This document shows positions 17,988 through 28,299 of a stretch of 64,000 nucleotides of DNA, one piece after another (position 1 is the stretch's first letter; the number at the start of each line of letters is the position of its first letter). The translations under genes and the position numbers were made by a program. The notes beneath the pieces were generated by a model, which saw only the letters and a program-made list of their open reading frames with translations, had not been told where the DNA came from and did no database searches. The DNA comes from Alphaproteobacteria bacterium (GTDB lineage Bacteria > Pseudomonadota > Alphaproteobacteria > RF32 > CAG-239), in NCBI GenBank assembly GCA_045603405.1, contig JAZUMA010000032.1:64102-128101 (forward strand). Reading direction: 5' to 3'.

Positions 17988-18629
17988 ATGCTAAAAACAT
18001 TAATGCCATCACTTTATCAATTAATTTCAGCTGATTATAAATCTGTCAAAACAGCAGAAAGTGAGAAAATTATTGAATCGATGTTGTTCGGATTAAAAGC
18101 AGTTGAAAATCCGGAATTACGCCAAATATCGGGAATTCCAGGCGCAGGCAAGAGTACTTATTGTCAAATGCACTTGCCGACAAATTTTCTTTATTTAAGC
18201 TTTGATAAAATAATGGTTGCTCTATCCGGATATCAAAAAACATTAGCTGAAGAAGGCGCTATAGCTGCTTATAAAAAATATGAAATGCCTGCAAGAATTA
18301 TAGGTTACGAGTTATTGCGCCGAGCAATAAGAAAACATTATAATATCATTTTTGAGCATAGCGGAACCAACAATGCACATATAGAAATGTTTAAAAATTT
18401 ACCTAAAAAAGGCTATAAAACTGCTGTAGAATTTATTGTTTGTGATGCCAAAACAGCGATAAAACGCACCAAAGAAAGAGCAAAAAAAATTAATCGTTAT
18501 ATTTCGGAAGAAGTTGTTAAAGAACGTGCCGCTGGCTTTAATAAATATGCCTCAATTTATCAAAAAATAACAACAGAAATAAAATATCTGGATGGTACAA
18601 ATAATTTTCATCCATTAAATAAAATTTAA
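17988..18629 (+). CDS. P-loop kinase, zeta-toxin/AAA_33-like
   Basis: The Walker A motif GIPGAGKST sits about 50 aa from the N-terminus of a 213-aa protein, as in zeta-toxin-like kinases. It begins 8 nt after the ackA stop, and no epsilon-like small ORF is adjacent. Confidence 0.5.
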   Translation: MLKTLMPSLYQLISADYKSVKTAESEKIIESMLFGLKAVENPELRQISGIPGAGKSTYCQMHLPTNFLYLSFDKIMVALSGYQKTLAEEGAIAAYKKYEMPARIIGYELLRRAIRKHYNIIFEHSGTNNAHIEMFKNLPKKGYKTAVEFIVCDAKTAIKRTKERAKKINRYISEEVVKERAAGFNKYASIYQKITTEIKYLDGTNNFHPLNKI

Positions 18630-18678
18630 TAAAGATATAATAAAAAGAAATTAGATTCATTATTATAGGATATTTATC

Positions 18679-19569
18679 ATGAAAAAATATTTACTTTTAA
18701 TTTCTTGCTCGATATTGGCAGCACAAGCTGTTATTGCGCTTACGGCCGATGAACAACTGAGTAATATGAAAGAGATGTTTATAAAAGAGTTTCAAAATAT
18801 GGATACAGATAAAAACGGTGAAATTAACCGTGATGAGTATCTGACTTACCAGTTTGAAACGTTTCGAGCCAATATTATAAATGCAGATGGTTTTGATAAG
18901 CCGGCACCGGCAGAAGAGAAATTACCACAAGATAAAGTCGATACAGATACTGTTTCAACAGAAGCAACAACCGGAGAAGATGTTGAACTTGGTGGAGCAT
19001 CATCTTTAGTCAGTGATATGGCAAATTTTAAGCTTGAAGATTTAGAAGATGAGGCAGATAAAACTGTCAACACACTAACCAAAGAAGATGTTATGCCTGA
19101 TGACTTATCGCTGATAACGGATGATTTGTTGGCTACAGAAGGTGAACAGGCTGAAGCACAGACAGATTCATCAGAGGCATCAAAAACAGAAAAAGAAGCA
19201 GATGCAGAAGCAGAAAATGTTTCCGAAGTTGATGAAGATGCTCAGATGAATGAGTTGATAAAGACTGTTCAAGCAACTTTACCCAAAAAAATAGATGAAA
19301 TCACCTCATGGACGGATATTCAATATGAAAATAAGGTGATAAGTTATATTTATACGGCAGACATTGATGTGTCAGAATATTCCCCTGGGGATTATAATGA
19401 ATTGGTAGAAAATATCCAAAATGAAGCCTGTGTTAAAGCTAATAAGGATATGTGCCCCAAGGTTAAATCAATGTTTATTGACCGTGGAATCAATATGAAA
19501 ATCAGATATTTAGATAAGAAATCTACACAAATAGGTGAATGTGACTTTAATCAAAATACTTGTCAATAA
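18679..19569 (+). CDS. secreted acidic protein with an EF-hand calcium-binding loop
   Basis: It has a signal peptide (MKKYLLLISCSILAAQAVIA), the EF-hand loop DTDKNGEINRDEY, and a long D/E/T-rich linker. Confidence 0.55.
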   Translation: MKKYLLLISCSILAAQAVIALTADEQLSNMKEMFIKEFQNMDTDKNGEINRDEYLTYQFETFRANIINADGFDKPAPAEEKLPQDKVDTDTVSTEATTGEDVELGGASSLVSDMANFKLEDLEDEADKTVNTLTKEDVMPDDLSLITDDLLATEGEQAEAQTDSSEASKTEKEADAEAENVSEVDEDAQMNELIKTVQATLPKKIDEITSWTDIQYENKVISYIYTADIDVSEYSPGDYNELVENIQNEACVKANKDMCPKVKSMFIDRGINMKIRYLDKKSTQIGECDFNQNTCQ

Positions 19570-19587
19570 AAGCTTTTTAAAACGTCT

Positions 19588-19621
19588 AAAAAAAGCGCGG
19601 CATTTTGTCGCGTTTTTTTTA
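19588..19621 (+). terminator. intrinsic terminator
   Basis: aaaaagcgcg gcattttgt cgcgtttttttt. Confidence 0.7.
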
Positions 19622-19910
19622 TTGACCAATTGACAAAAACATGATATTCTAAAAACCTAAAAATATAGATATATAAATTATTATTAACTAAAACAGAGTA
19701 AACTGTTAAACAGAAGATATTTAGGTTAACAAGGGATATACAATGGTTCAAAAGATTTTTGTATGTTTTTTGTTAATCACAGTTTGTTGTGTTGCTTAGA
19801 AGGTGGTAGAACTGACACCGATGCTCGTACGCTGAGAGATGGCAAAACACAGATTGTTAAAATAGATTTTAGACGTTTAATAAGCGCTTTGTTTCTTAAA
19901 AACCAAAGTT

Positions 19911-21008
19911 ATGGAAAAAAAATTCCAAGACAAGTTTGAAATGCTCCAAGGATGGTTAGGAGGACTATATCTCCTAATAGGAGAGTTTGTAATTATGATT
20001 GCGGCAACCCAGTTTCATTTCTGGGGATGTTCAGCTATAGTTTTTACAACCACAAGCATCTTGTTGGGGGTTGGCATAATCCTCGACTCTATTTGGTTCG
20101 TACCAACAGGGTATGTTGGGATTTTGACAATTGTTGGAAAACAGGTCAAGAAGTCATACCGTGAAGGGATTCGTTTCAGGATTCCATTTATATCCGATAC
20201 TAAGTTACTACAAATCAACGATCAAGCGATAGTACTTGAAGATTCGTTAAAAAAAGTAATATCGAGAAATAGAATGGATCAGTTCAAGGTGATATGTACA
20301 TACACATTGAAAGAAAAAGATGCCTACTGGATAATCGCCCGTTTAGGAGAAGACTATATGGAAAAATTCCTAAGACCATGGGTCGATGCGGCAATTGACA
20401 CAATTGTTGGAAAATTAACGTATGCTCATTTTCAAGGCAAAAAAGATGAGATACAGATTTGGTTATCCAAATTTGTCAGATATTCTTTGGCTAAACAAAT
20501 GTCACAGAGCACGGCTCACTTAGCTAGTGGTAGGACATTTGAAATAACAGAATGTCACTTAGAAACTGTTATAAATCCTGACGGTACGGTTGAAATGGAA
20601 AATCTTATCATAGATGACAAAGGAGGAATAGAACAAGTTATAAAACTGGATTTTGTTGAAAGTCAAACTATACTGGATGGTGTTAATCCATTTGATAAGG
20701 TAATTATCGAGATTAACAACTATTCTTTCGAAAAAGCCTATGAAGAAGCCAAAGCAACTGTAAAGGTTGCAGAGGCAGGAGTGGAAGCTGCTAAACGAAA
20801 CGCCGAAAAGGTGGAAATTGACACCAATGCTTTGGCTTACGCGACGAAAGAAAGAGGTGCAGCTGAAGCTAAAGCTTATGAGTATAAGGTAAAAGCCTTA
20901 GGCGGTGATCCCAATGTGTTGGCTAAATTTGAGATAGCGGATGCAATCCGCAAACACCAAGGGACTATTGTGTTGGGCAAAGATGTCGCCCCAGTTTTGA
21001 ACACATAA
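19911..21008 (+). CDS. SPFH/band-7 (prohibitin-like) domain membrane protein
   Basis: Two N-terminal TM helices are followed by GYVGILTIVGK..GIRFRIPFI (an SPFH beta start) and an Ala/Glu-rich coiled coil (AEAGVEAAKRNAEK..AAEAKAYEYKVKALGG). Confidence 0.7.
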   Translation: MEKKFQDKFEMLQGWLGGLYLLIGEFVIMIAATQFHFWGCSAIVFTTTSILLGVGIILDSIWFVPTGYVGILTIVGKQVKKSYREGIRFRIPFISDTKLLQINDQAIVLEDSLKKVISRNRMDQFKVICTYTLKEKDAYWIIARLGEDYMEKFLRPWVDAAIDTIVGKLTYAHFQGKKDEIQIWLSKFVRYSLAKQMSQSTAHLASGRTFEITECHLETVINPDGTVEMENLIIDDKGGIEQVIKLDFVESQTILDGVNPFDKVIIEINNYSFEKAYEEAKATVKVAEAGVEAAKRNAEKVEIDTNALAYATKERGAAEAKAYEYKVKALGGDPNVLAKFEIADAIRKHQGTIVLGKDVAPVLNT

Positions 21009-21026
21009 GCCATAACTCTATTTAGG

Positions 21027-21060
21027 AAAAACCCTGTTACATTATGTGGCAGGGTTTTTC
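21027..21060 (+). terminator. intrinsic terminator after the SPFH gene
   Basis: aaaaaccctg..cagggttttt. Confidence 0.65.
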
Positions 21061-21153
21061 TTTACCGTAAATAATGCGGAAAATCCAAGATATTACTTGC
21101 CAAAGAACAACTTTTCCATCAAAATACCTCAAATAACAGAAAAGGAGAATAAA

Positions 21154-21663
21154 ATGCAACGTGTCGGAGAGTTTGAAAAAGTCAGTTTTAATCAGTTTAA
21201 GCAAGCTTGGGAAAAGATTTATGTAGATACGGAACATGAAATTAAACAACTTTATGAACAAATAAAATTACCGATTCGAGCCACCAATGGTTCTGCCGGA
21301 TATGATTTTTTTACCCCGATAGAGCTGCATCTTGCACCAAGACAAACAATCCTTATTCCGACCGGCATTCGGGTAAAAATAGAAAATGGTTGGTTTTTAG
21401 GTATTTTTCCTAAATCAGGTCTCGGCTTTAAATACCGTTTGCAGCTAGATAATACAGTAGGCGTAATAGATAGTGATTACTATTACTCAGACAATGAAGG
21501 ACATATCTTTGTAAAAATAACCAATGACAGCACAGAAAATAAGACTTTAGAACTTAAAGCCGGCGCATCAATCTGCCAAGGTATATTCTTACCGTTTGGT
21601 ATCACTTATAATGACAATGCCACAACAATTCGTAACGGCGGTTTAGGTTCTACTTCCAAATAA
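21154..21663 (+). CDS. dut: dUTP diphosphatase (trimeric family) with a short N-terminal extension
   Basis: It contains GSAGYDFF, GVIDSDY, and a C-terminal RNGGLGSTSK. An AAGGAG SD lies 6 nt upstream of the ATG at 21154. The longer track ORF starts inside the upstream terminator. Confidence 0.85.
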   Translation: MQRVGEFEKVSFNQFKQAWEKIYVDTEHEIKQLYEQIKLPIRATNGSAGYDFFTPIELHLAPRQTILIPTGIRVKIENGWFLGIFPKSGLGFKYRLQLDNTVGVIDSDYYYSDNEGHIFVKITNDSTENKTLELKAGASICQGIFLPFGITYNDNATTIRNGGLGSTSK

Positions 21664-21700
21664 AGAGTATCTGAAAGCTATCCACGAGTCTTTATTAAAA

Positions 21701-23137
21701 TCAGCGTAGTCTTATTTTGCCCAATAAAACAATAACTGTAATAACTTCAAGCCTTCCTAAAAACATCACAAAAGAAAGAATATATTTAACAAAAGGCGTA
21801 AAATGTGCAAAATTCCCCTTAGGCCCAATATCAGGGGTTAAACCTGTACCGACACCGGAAATTGTTCCGACTACAGCCCCTAAAGCGGTTGTAAAATCAA
21901 TACCGCTGAATGTAAGTATTAGTGTAAAAATAAAAATAGCCAACAAGAAGGCCAACAACAAAGCAAAAACAGAAGAAACAATTTTATCGTCAATAACTTT
22001 ATTGCCCGCTTTCATAATTGTAACTTGATGTGGCGAAAGAGAGGTTGTAATATGTTTCTTCAAAAATGCCATAACCACCTGCCAACGAAAAATTTTAATT
22101 GAACCGGTAGTCGAACCGGTACATCCGCCATGCAAAAAAAGTGCTAAAAAGAGCACAATAGCCCAAGAACCCCAAGTAGTATAATCTGAAGAATAAATAC
22201 CGGCTGTTGTAATTGTGCCGATAACGTTAAAGGCAACAACTCTTAAAACATCTCCAAAAGATTTATCTTGCTTAAACCAAATATAACAAGATAATAGAAG
22301 TACATATAAACAAATCAATTTAAGAAAAGTATTAACTTGTGCATTATCAATAACCGATTGCCAGTTTCTTCGTTTGCCGATTAAAATAAAATAAGTAATT
22401 GGTAGCGCTCCTAAGAGCATAAAAAAGGCAATAACACATTCAATCGTCAGACTGTTATAAAAAGAAATAGAATCATTTTTAATAGAAAAGCCTCCGGTAC
22501 TGAGTGTTGAAAGAGCCCATGTAACAGCATCAAACCAATTCATACCGGAAAATTTCAACAAGCATGCACATAAAACATTCAATAAAACATAGACAATAAT
22601 AATGTCATTGGCAATATAACGGATTTTAGGCAAAAATTTCTCTTCTGTATCAGAATTTTCTCTACTGAAAAGGTGCATACCTCCGGTACCCAAAAAAGGT
22701 GAAAGAGCTACGGCGAAAATAATAATCCCGATACCACCTAAGCCGTTAAGCATTGCTCGCCATAATAAAATTGATTTCGGTAAAGCTTCGACATTGGTAA
22801 AAATTGTTGAACCGGCAGTAGTAATACCGGCTGTTGCTTCAAAAATTGCATTATGTAACTCACCGGTATAATACCAAAAAGGAATAGCACAAATCAACGG
22901 TGTAATAAACCATGAGCAAACAGTGATAAGATAACCTTGTAAGATGGAAATTTTTTGAATTTCGCCATAGTGTGCCAGAAACAAAGCTCCACCAAAAAAA
23001 ATAGCAATTAATCCGCTTTGAACAAAGGCATAATCTATATGACCGCTATAATAGAGCAAGGCAAATGCCGGTATCATCATCATCGTTCCTAATACCAACA
23101 TAATAAATCCGTTAAGCATAAAAACCGGTCGCCACAT
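21701..23137 (-). CDS. trkH: TrkH/KtrB-family potassium uptake membrane subunit
   Basis: 478 aa, polytopic, with repeated selectivity-filter-like motifs (TAGFS-like TTAGST, STGGFS, TTAGIY, TGSTTGS). Confidence 0.88.
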   Translation of the reverse strand: MWRPVFMLNGFIMLVLGTMMMIPAFALLYYSGHIDYAFVQSGLIAIFFGGALFLAHYGEIQKISILQGYLITVCSWFITPLICAIPFWYYTGELHNAIFEATAGITTAGSTIFTNVEALPKSILLWRAMLNGLGGIGIIIFAVALSPFLGTGGMHLFSRENSDTEEKFLPKIRYIANDIIIVYVLLNVLCACLLKFSGMNWFDAVTWALSTLSTGGFSIKNDSISFYNSLTIECVIAFFMLLGALPITYFILIGKRRNWQSVIDNAQVNTFLKLICLYVLLLSCYIWFKQDKSFGDVLRVVAFNVIGTITTAGIYSSDYTTWGSWAIVLFLALFLHGGCTGSTTGSIKIFRWQVVMAFLKKHITTSLSPHQVTIMKAGNKVIDDKIVSSVFALLLAFLLAIFIFTLILTFSGIDFTTALGAVVGTISGVGTGLTPDIGPKGNFAHFTPFVKYILSFVMFLGRLEVITVIVLLGKIRLR

Positions 23138-23230
23138 CTATTTTCCCATTCATAAAAAATTAAGATAAAATAAACATAACAAAAAGGGGTTATTTTTCAA
23201 TACTTACCATTTTTTTCCACAAAATGCTTA

Positions 23231-24760
23231 TCAAAGAGAAATCCAATACCAAATAAAATTAGCAGTAAAGGCAAATACAATAAGAAAAGCGCACAAAAAA
23301 TTTTGTATGATTGATGGTGTTTTTTGCATTGTTTGACCGAGTAAAAGGACAAAAGCTAAAGGCAACAAAGCGATATAACGAAAATCTTGGTTACACATAA
23401 AAGGATGCTTTAGACTTAATAATACCATTCCGCATAAAAGACTTAGAATAAGGGTACAGGAAAACAGCGCTAAAAAAACATTTTTCGTTTTATAAAAAAT
23501 AGAAAAAAGAGATACCAAAACGAACGCTGTAATGATTTTATAAAACGTTGTGAATATAGGAAAAAGCCATGAAATATTATGTCCGCGGTAAGAAAAGTCA
23601 TCTTCACCGAATAAAGCTGTTTTGGTTAGTGTTTCCCATAAATTGATGCCGAAGTTATGGTAAAACAAGTCTTGATAAGTAAACATTGGTAAAGGCGAAA
23701 ACCTCTGCCATAAACTATATTCTGTTAAGCTTAAATGTGGTTGTGGCGGGATAAAGTCATAATGAATATGTAAAAAGAAATACTGATACATTGGCCAAAT
23801 GGAAATTCCTAAACACAAAAACAAACCAAAAACAGTAAGCTCACTTAAAACCCTTTTAGAACGTTTTTGCCATAAATAATAAAGCAAAGCTGATGCAATG
23901 GCAGGTAAGACAAGTATACCCGAAAGTTTTGTTAATGTTGCAGCGGTTACAAAAAGCCATATATAACATAATTTCTTTTTGCTCCCATCTTTTGAATAGA
24001 GAAGGGCGTAATATAAAGCTACGGCTTGTAATGGTAACAATAAACAATCATTATTAATAAAACCGGAAATAGCATTATATTCCGGAAAAAAGACCACAAA
24101 AGCCAATAAAGAAATAAATATGCTATTAGAAAAATTGAATAATTTTAAAATGCGGGCAGCAATCAGTCCATACCACATCATATAACAAACAAATAATATT
24201 TGTAGAGCTTCGTTTATATTATTTTGATGAGAAACAAAAAAATTTCCCAGTCGCATGAAAATAGCAGCTATAAAGAAATGCAGAATAGGGTGATATGTTG
24301 AATAACTGGGACGAGTGAGTAGGGGATTTTCATGCCAAAATAAGAAGTTATTTTCTAATATATATTCAAAATAATTATAACAAGAAGCAAAGTCATGTTG
24401 AACATCAGAAATTGTAGTATTTGTAACAAAAGAAAGATGAAAAAAGGCAGCAATCCATATTAAATAATATTTATAAGTATCAAAAGAATATGCTGTTCCG
24501 CAGTATAATGTTACAGCTAAAAAAAGAATAAATAACCACGGTGCAAAAATTATAGGAGATACGAAATAAGTTATTGCAAAAATTAAAATAGCTGAAATTG
24601 TAACAAAAAAAACTTTATCACCGCGAATACCTGTCGGATTAACTATAATAACTAACAATTCGGCCGCTAAAAGATTATATTGTGTACATTGAAAAAGTGT
24701 AAGAGACCAAAAAATGAAAAAGGTCATTAAAAAATGCATATATGTTATTTTTCGTACCAT
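23231..24760 (-). CDS. polytopic membrane protein, possibly an ArnT/PMT-like (GT-C) glycosyltransferase
   Basis: It has about 13 predicted TM helices with an aromatic-rich periplasmic loop. The family assignment rests on architecture only. Confidence 0.35.
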   Translation of the reverse strand: MVRKITYMHFLMTFFIFWSLTLFQCTQYNLLAAELLVIIVNPTGIRGDKVFFVTISAILIFAITYFVSPIIFAPWLFILFLAVTLYCGTAYSFDTYKYYLIWIAAFFHLSFVTNTTISDVQHDFASCYNYFEYILENNFLFWHENPLLTRPSYSTYHPILHFFIAAIFMRLGNFFVSHQNNINEALQILFVCYMMWYGLIAARILKLFNFSNSIFISLLAFVVFFPEYNAISGFINNDCLLLPLQAVALYYALLYSKDGSKKKLCYIWLFVTAATLTKLSGILVLPAIASALLYYLWQKRSKRVLSELTVFGLFLCLGISIWPMYQYFFLHIHYDFIPPQPHLSLTEYSLWQRFSPLPMFTYQDLFYHNFGINLWETLTKTALFGEDDFSYRGHNISWLFPIFTTFYKIITAFVLVSLFSIFYKTKNVFLALFSCTLILSLLCGMVLLSLKHPFMCNQDFRYIALLPLAFVLLLGQTMQKTPSIIQNFLCAFLIVFAFTANFIWYWISL

Positions 24761-24854
24761 GACACATCCTCAAATAGAATTCATTTATTAAGGTAATTGA
24801 AAAGAATTCTTAAAGCAAGACAAATTAAAAAAATACAACAAAGAGTTCTAATAT

Positions 24855-26495
24855 TTATCTGGATGCTAAATAACGAGAGAAATATGCTGTACGAGGATCA
24901 ACTTTTTCGTCATTTAGATGAGTCTCAAAATGGAGATGCGAACCGGTAGATATTCCGGTAGAGCCTACATAAGCAATAGTTTGCCCTTTTCTTACTCTTG
25001 TTCCGGGTTTAATCCCTTTGGCATACTTATACAAATGTGCATATGCAGTAGAAAGTCCATGATTATGCTCAATAACCACATATTTTCCATAACCACCATT
25101 CCACTTGGCAACTCGCACAACGCCGTCTGCTGGAGCTACAACTGGTGTTCCTAAAGGTGCAGCAATATCAACGCCTGTATGCATTTTACGTCTTCCTGAA
25201 AAGGGGTGCTTTCTATAACCATAATTTGAAGAAATATATGCAGAAGCAGATTGAATAGGTTGTACATCTAATAAATAAGGTTGCCTGGTTGTTTTTATTT
25301 GTTTTGTATTTTTTTGTTTTGTTTTTTCAGATTTTGATTTTACCTTTTTAACTTTAATATCTATATTTGGCTGTTCATTATCTGTTATTTGTGCTAAACT
25401 ATCTGTTGATGGAAAAGAAAAAGCTGCGGCAACTTGAGATGGAACTGGTTCGACATATTTGGTATAAAGTGAATGAATATCAACTTTTTTAGGAGTAACA
25501 GCGGCTTTACATGCTTGTTTATAACCCCAAAATTCTAAAGCAAAGAAAGGAACAACAATAGCCGCACATTTTAAGGCTTTTTTGCTATTGTCCAAAAAAC
25601 TAGGAGATAAAGGAATAACTTTCGCTTTAGGTAAGGTAATATTTAATGATTTTTTTAAATCACTCAAATGAACGGCATGGACTTTATAACACTTCTTTAT
25701 TCCTTTTAACCAATTAAATAATGATTTTTTAGATAAAGTAAATGAAGGCAAATGATACGTTAAATGCTTTTTGGAAGAACATAATGGAACAATAAGTGCT
25801 TGAGAAGACGGTTCTTTTTTATCAAAATTATAGTAAGTCGATGCTTTACTTGTTGATTTATTCTTTTGTGTCGATTCATTTAAAAAAGCACTAAAATAAG
25901 GCAATTGTTTTTTATCAAAATCAGATAAAAAGTCTGACACAGATCCTTTATATCTTGAAAGATTCATCTTAAAACGGGCATAATCTTTTTTTGCAATATT
26001 TAAGTCATTCAATAAAACGGTCAGTTTATCAAAGTTACAATGACGCAATAATTCTTTTGCAGGTTCATCGAGCAATAACAGATTAGTGTGCCCATTTTTC
26101 CAATCATGCATCTTTTTTTGTAAAGCTGAAATATCACAAGCTTTTTGAACCGGAGAGGTAATGTTTAATTTTTTTATTTTACAGGGTAGAGGAACACTAA
26201 GTTGTTTATTGTTCAACAAAGAGAGAAATTGTTTTTTATAACAGAGTCGAGCATCTGCAACAGCAAAAGGTAACCTCATCTTGTCATTCTTCATAAATTG
26301 CTGTGAAAGTGTCAGAATATCTCTGGCATGAGCAGATAAATAATTATTAAGAGCTGTGTCATAATTTTGTTTCAATTGAGCATAAGTATGATAATGCTGA
26401 GAAAAGGCTTTAGCAGTAATAGGCACACCTAACGCATTACAAACAGTATGCATTTCCTCAAAAGAACAGATAGATGTTTTATTTTGTTCTAACAT
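24855..26495 (-). CDS. M23 (LytM-type) metallopeptidase with a large unknown N-terminal region
   Basis: The C-terminus contains HTGVDIAAPLGTPVVAPADGVV..GSTGISTGSHLHFE (the HxxxD and HxH zinc motifs). Confidence 0.8.
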   Translation of the reverse strand: MLEQNKTSICSFEEMHTVCNALGVPITAKAFSQHYHTYAQLKQNYDTALNNYLSAHARDILTLSQQFMKNDKMRLPFAVADARLCYKKQFLSLLNNKQLSVPLPCKIKKLNITSPVQKACDISALQKKMHDWKNGHTNLLLLDEPAKELLRHCNFDKLTVLLNDLNIAKKDYARFKMNLSRYKGSVSDFLSDFDKKQLPYFSAFLNESTQKNKSTSKASTYYNFDKKEPSSQALIVPLCSSKKHLTYHLPSFTLSKKSLFNWLKGIKKCYKVHAVHLSDLKKSLNITLPKAKVIPLSPSFLDNSKKALKCAAIVVPFFALEFWGYKQACKAAVTPKKVDIHSLYTKYVEPVPSQVAAAFSFPSTDSLAQITDNEQPNIDIKVKKVKSKSEKTKQKNTKQIKTTRQPYLLDVQPIQSASAYISSNYGYRKHPFSGRRKMHTGVDIAAPLGTPVVAPADGVVRVAKWNGGYGKYVVIEHNHGLSTAYAHLYKYAKGIKPGTRVRKGQTIAYVGSTGISTGSHLHFETHLNDEKVDPRTAYFSRYLASR

Positions 26496-26728
26496 ATGTA
26501 CCTCTTACCAAAGTTAACAAACCATAACATAAAATAAACAAAAAATCAACAAATATTTTAAAAAAATAAAATAAGCTATAAAACAGGTTTATTTAAATTT
26601 CTTATTATGAGAAACATAACATATATTCATGTAAAATTTACTTATTTGTCAAATTTTGTCGTTTTTAATGCATTAATAATCTAAGATTATTAGCAATAAA
26701 ATGGCGATTGTGTGTAGCTTGTTTTTTG

Positions 26729-26756
26729 TTGACAATTATCCGTTGTATTCTATACT
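26729..26756 (+). promoter_or_regulatory. putative psd promoter
   Basis: TTGACA (26729-26734), a 16-nt spacer, then TATACT (26751-26756). Confidence 0.4.
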
Positions 26757-26783
26757 CACTGCAAAATATATAGGAGATATGTT

Positions 26784-27653
26784 ATGTCTGCATTATTAGA
26801 TAAATTTAAGGTAAAATCACAATATGTATTACCTAAAAAAATCTTATCACGGATTGTTGGCAAACTTGCTTCAGCAAAGATGGGAAGTGCAACTACATTT
26901 ATGATAAGAAGTTTTATAAAATACTATAAAGTTGATATGAAGGATGCTGAAATTAAAGACATAAAACAGTATAAATCGTTTAATGAATTTTTTACTCGTG
27001 CATTAACTAAAAAAGCTCGTCCGATAGCTTCTGCATCAAATCTGTTAACCAATCCTGCAGATGGAACAGTCAGCGAATTTGGGGAAATTTATAAAGATGC
27101 TATACTCCAAGCCAAGGGCCATTATTACAGTTTAACGGCGTTACTAGGAGGAGATAACAAAGATGCCGATAAATTTATGGGCGGTTCTTTTTTGACAACG
27201 TATCTTTCTCCCAGTAATTATCACCGTGTTCACATGCCATTTGATGGAAAACTTGAGAAGATGATTTTTGTCCCAGGAGATTTATTCTCCGTTAATCCTC
27301 TAACAGCAAATAATGTTGATAATCTGTTTGCCCGAAATGAACGAGTTATTTGCTTTTTTAAAAATAGTAAAATAGGTGATTTTGCTGTTATTTTAGTAGG
27401 AGCAACAATTGTTGCTAGTATAGAAACGGTTTTTGCCGGTACTGTTGCCCCATCTGGCGGACATGAAAAAAATATTTATCATTATGAAAAAGACAAAATA
27501 GTACTAAAAAAAGGTGCAGAATTAGGACGCTTTTCGTTGGGAAGTACGGTAATTTGCATCTTTCCCCCGCATAAAATATCATTTTTGGAATCAGTGCAAA
27601 AAGGCAAATCTGCTGAAATGGGAACGGCTTTTGCTGAGATAACCAAAAATTAA
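26784..27653 (+). CDS. psd: phosphatidylserine decarboxylase proenzyme
   Basis: It contains YLSPSNYHRVHMP and the self-cleavage site FSLGSTV near the C-terminus. Confidence 0.9.
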   Translation: MSALLDKFKVKSQYVLPKKILSRIVGKLASAKMGSATTFMIRSFIKYYKVDMKDAEIKDIKQYKSFNEFFTRALTKKARPIASASNLLTNPADGTVSEFGEIYKDAILQAKGHYYSLTALLGGDNKDADKFMGGSFLTTYLSPSNYHRVHMPFDGKLEKMIFVPGDLFSVNPLTANNVDNLFARNERVICFFKNSKIGDFAVILVGATIVASIETVFAGTVAPSGGHEKNIYHYEKDKIVLKKGAELGRFSLGSTVICIFPPHKISFLESVQKGKSAEMGTAFAEITKN

Positions 27654-28297
27654 TGCTTATGTTTTTTTATAAAATCTAAAACTTTCTTAAAACAACTGAA
27701 TGTAGCCGGTGCTGTCCAAAAAGAGACAGAGACCTCTTCAATGCCAAGCTCTTTACAAATTCCGATACGATGATGACCTTGTAAAAGTTGATCTTTAACG
27801 CCTAATTTACGATTTAGCATAACAAACATCGGATGATTATAATCATAACCTTTCTTTTTAATTGAATTTTTCAATTTCTCATATCTTTTTTGAGCTTCTT
27901 CACGCTCAATATGCCAACGCTTATTATTAAGTTGATATGCATTACTCTCGTTTCTTTCACCGCGAGGTAAATCAGCATTAATAATATCTTTAAGCCGAAC
28001 TCTGAAAATATCTTGACTGCGAACATAGAAATGTCTTTTAATCGGCTTGACCAAGGTTAGTATCAAACTGATAAAAGCAGGATAAGAATAATAAACAATT
28101 TTGGTTTTAATATAATTACCGTCTATTTGCGATAAATCAGGTAATCGAACACAATTAATCGTCCCTTCTTTATGAAGCAATAATATGGCCGTATCCGTAG
28201 AAAAGGGGAACTTATATTCTAAATTAATAACCGGTAATTTATGTAAATCTTCGGCCTTAATATAATAAAATTCTGAAGAATAAACCAATCGTTGCAT
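27650..28297 (-). CDS. hypothetical protein with a ParB/sulfiredoxin-like C-terminal segment
   Basis: The segment QLLQGHHRIGICKELGIEEVSVSFW resembles the ParB-N/Srx fold core. The gene is tightly packed behind a GT2 gene (2-nt gap). Confidence 0.3.
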   Translation of the reverse strand: MQRLVYSSEFYYIKAEDLHKLPVINLEYKFPFSTDTAILLLHKEGTINCVRLPDLSQIDGNYIKTKIVYYSYPAFISLILTLVKPIKRHFYVRSQDIFRVRLKDIINADLPRGERNESNAYQLNNKRWHIEREEAQKRYEKLKNSIKKKGYDYNHPMFVMLNRKLGVKDQLLQGHHRIGICKELGIEEVSVSFWTAPATFSCFKKVLDFIKKHKH

Positions 28298-28299
28298 AA

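Noticed and set aside
19911-21008. Strong GC-skew evidence for foreign origin of the SPFH gene and the 9501-10055 gene
   Set aside because: Hand counts give about 43-50% G+C, but clear housekeeping genes here (pgi, proS, parts of hppA) reach similar values. Composition alone is therefore not diagnostic, and only the 31834-32556 gene is a clear GC outlier.
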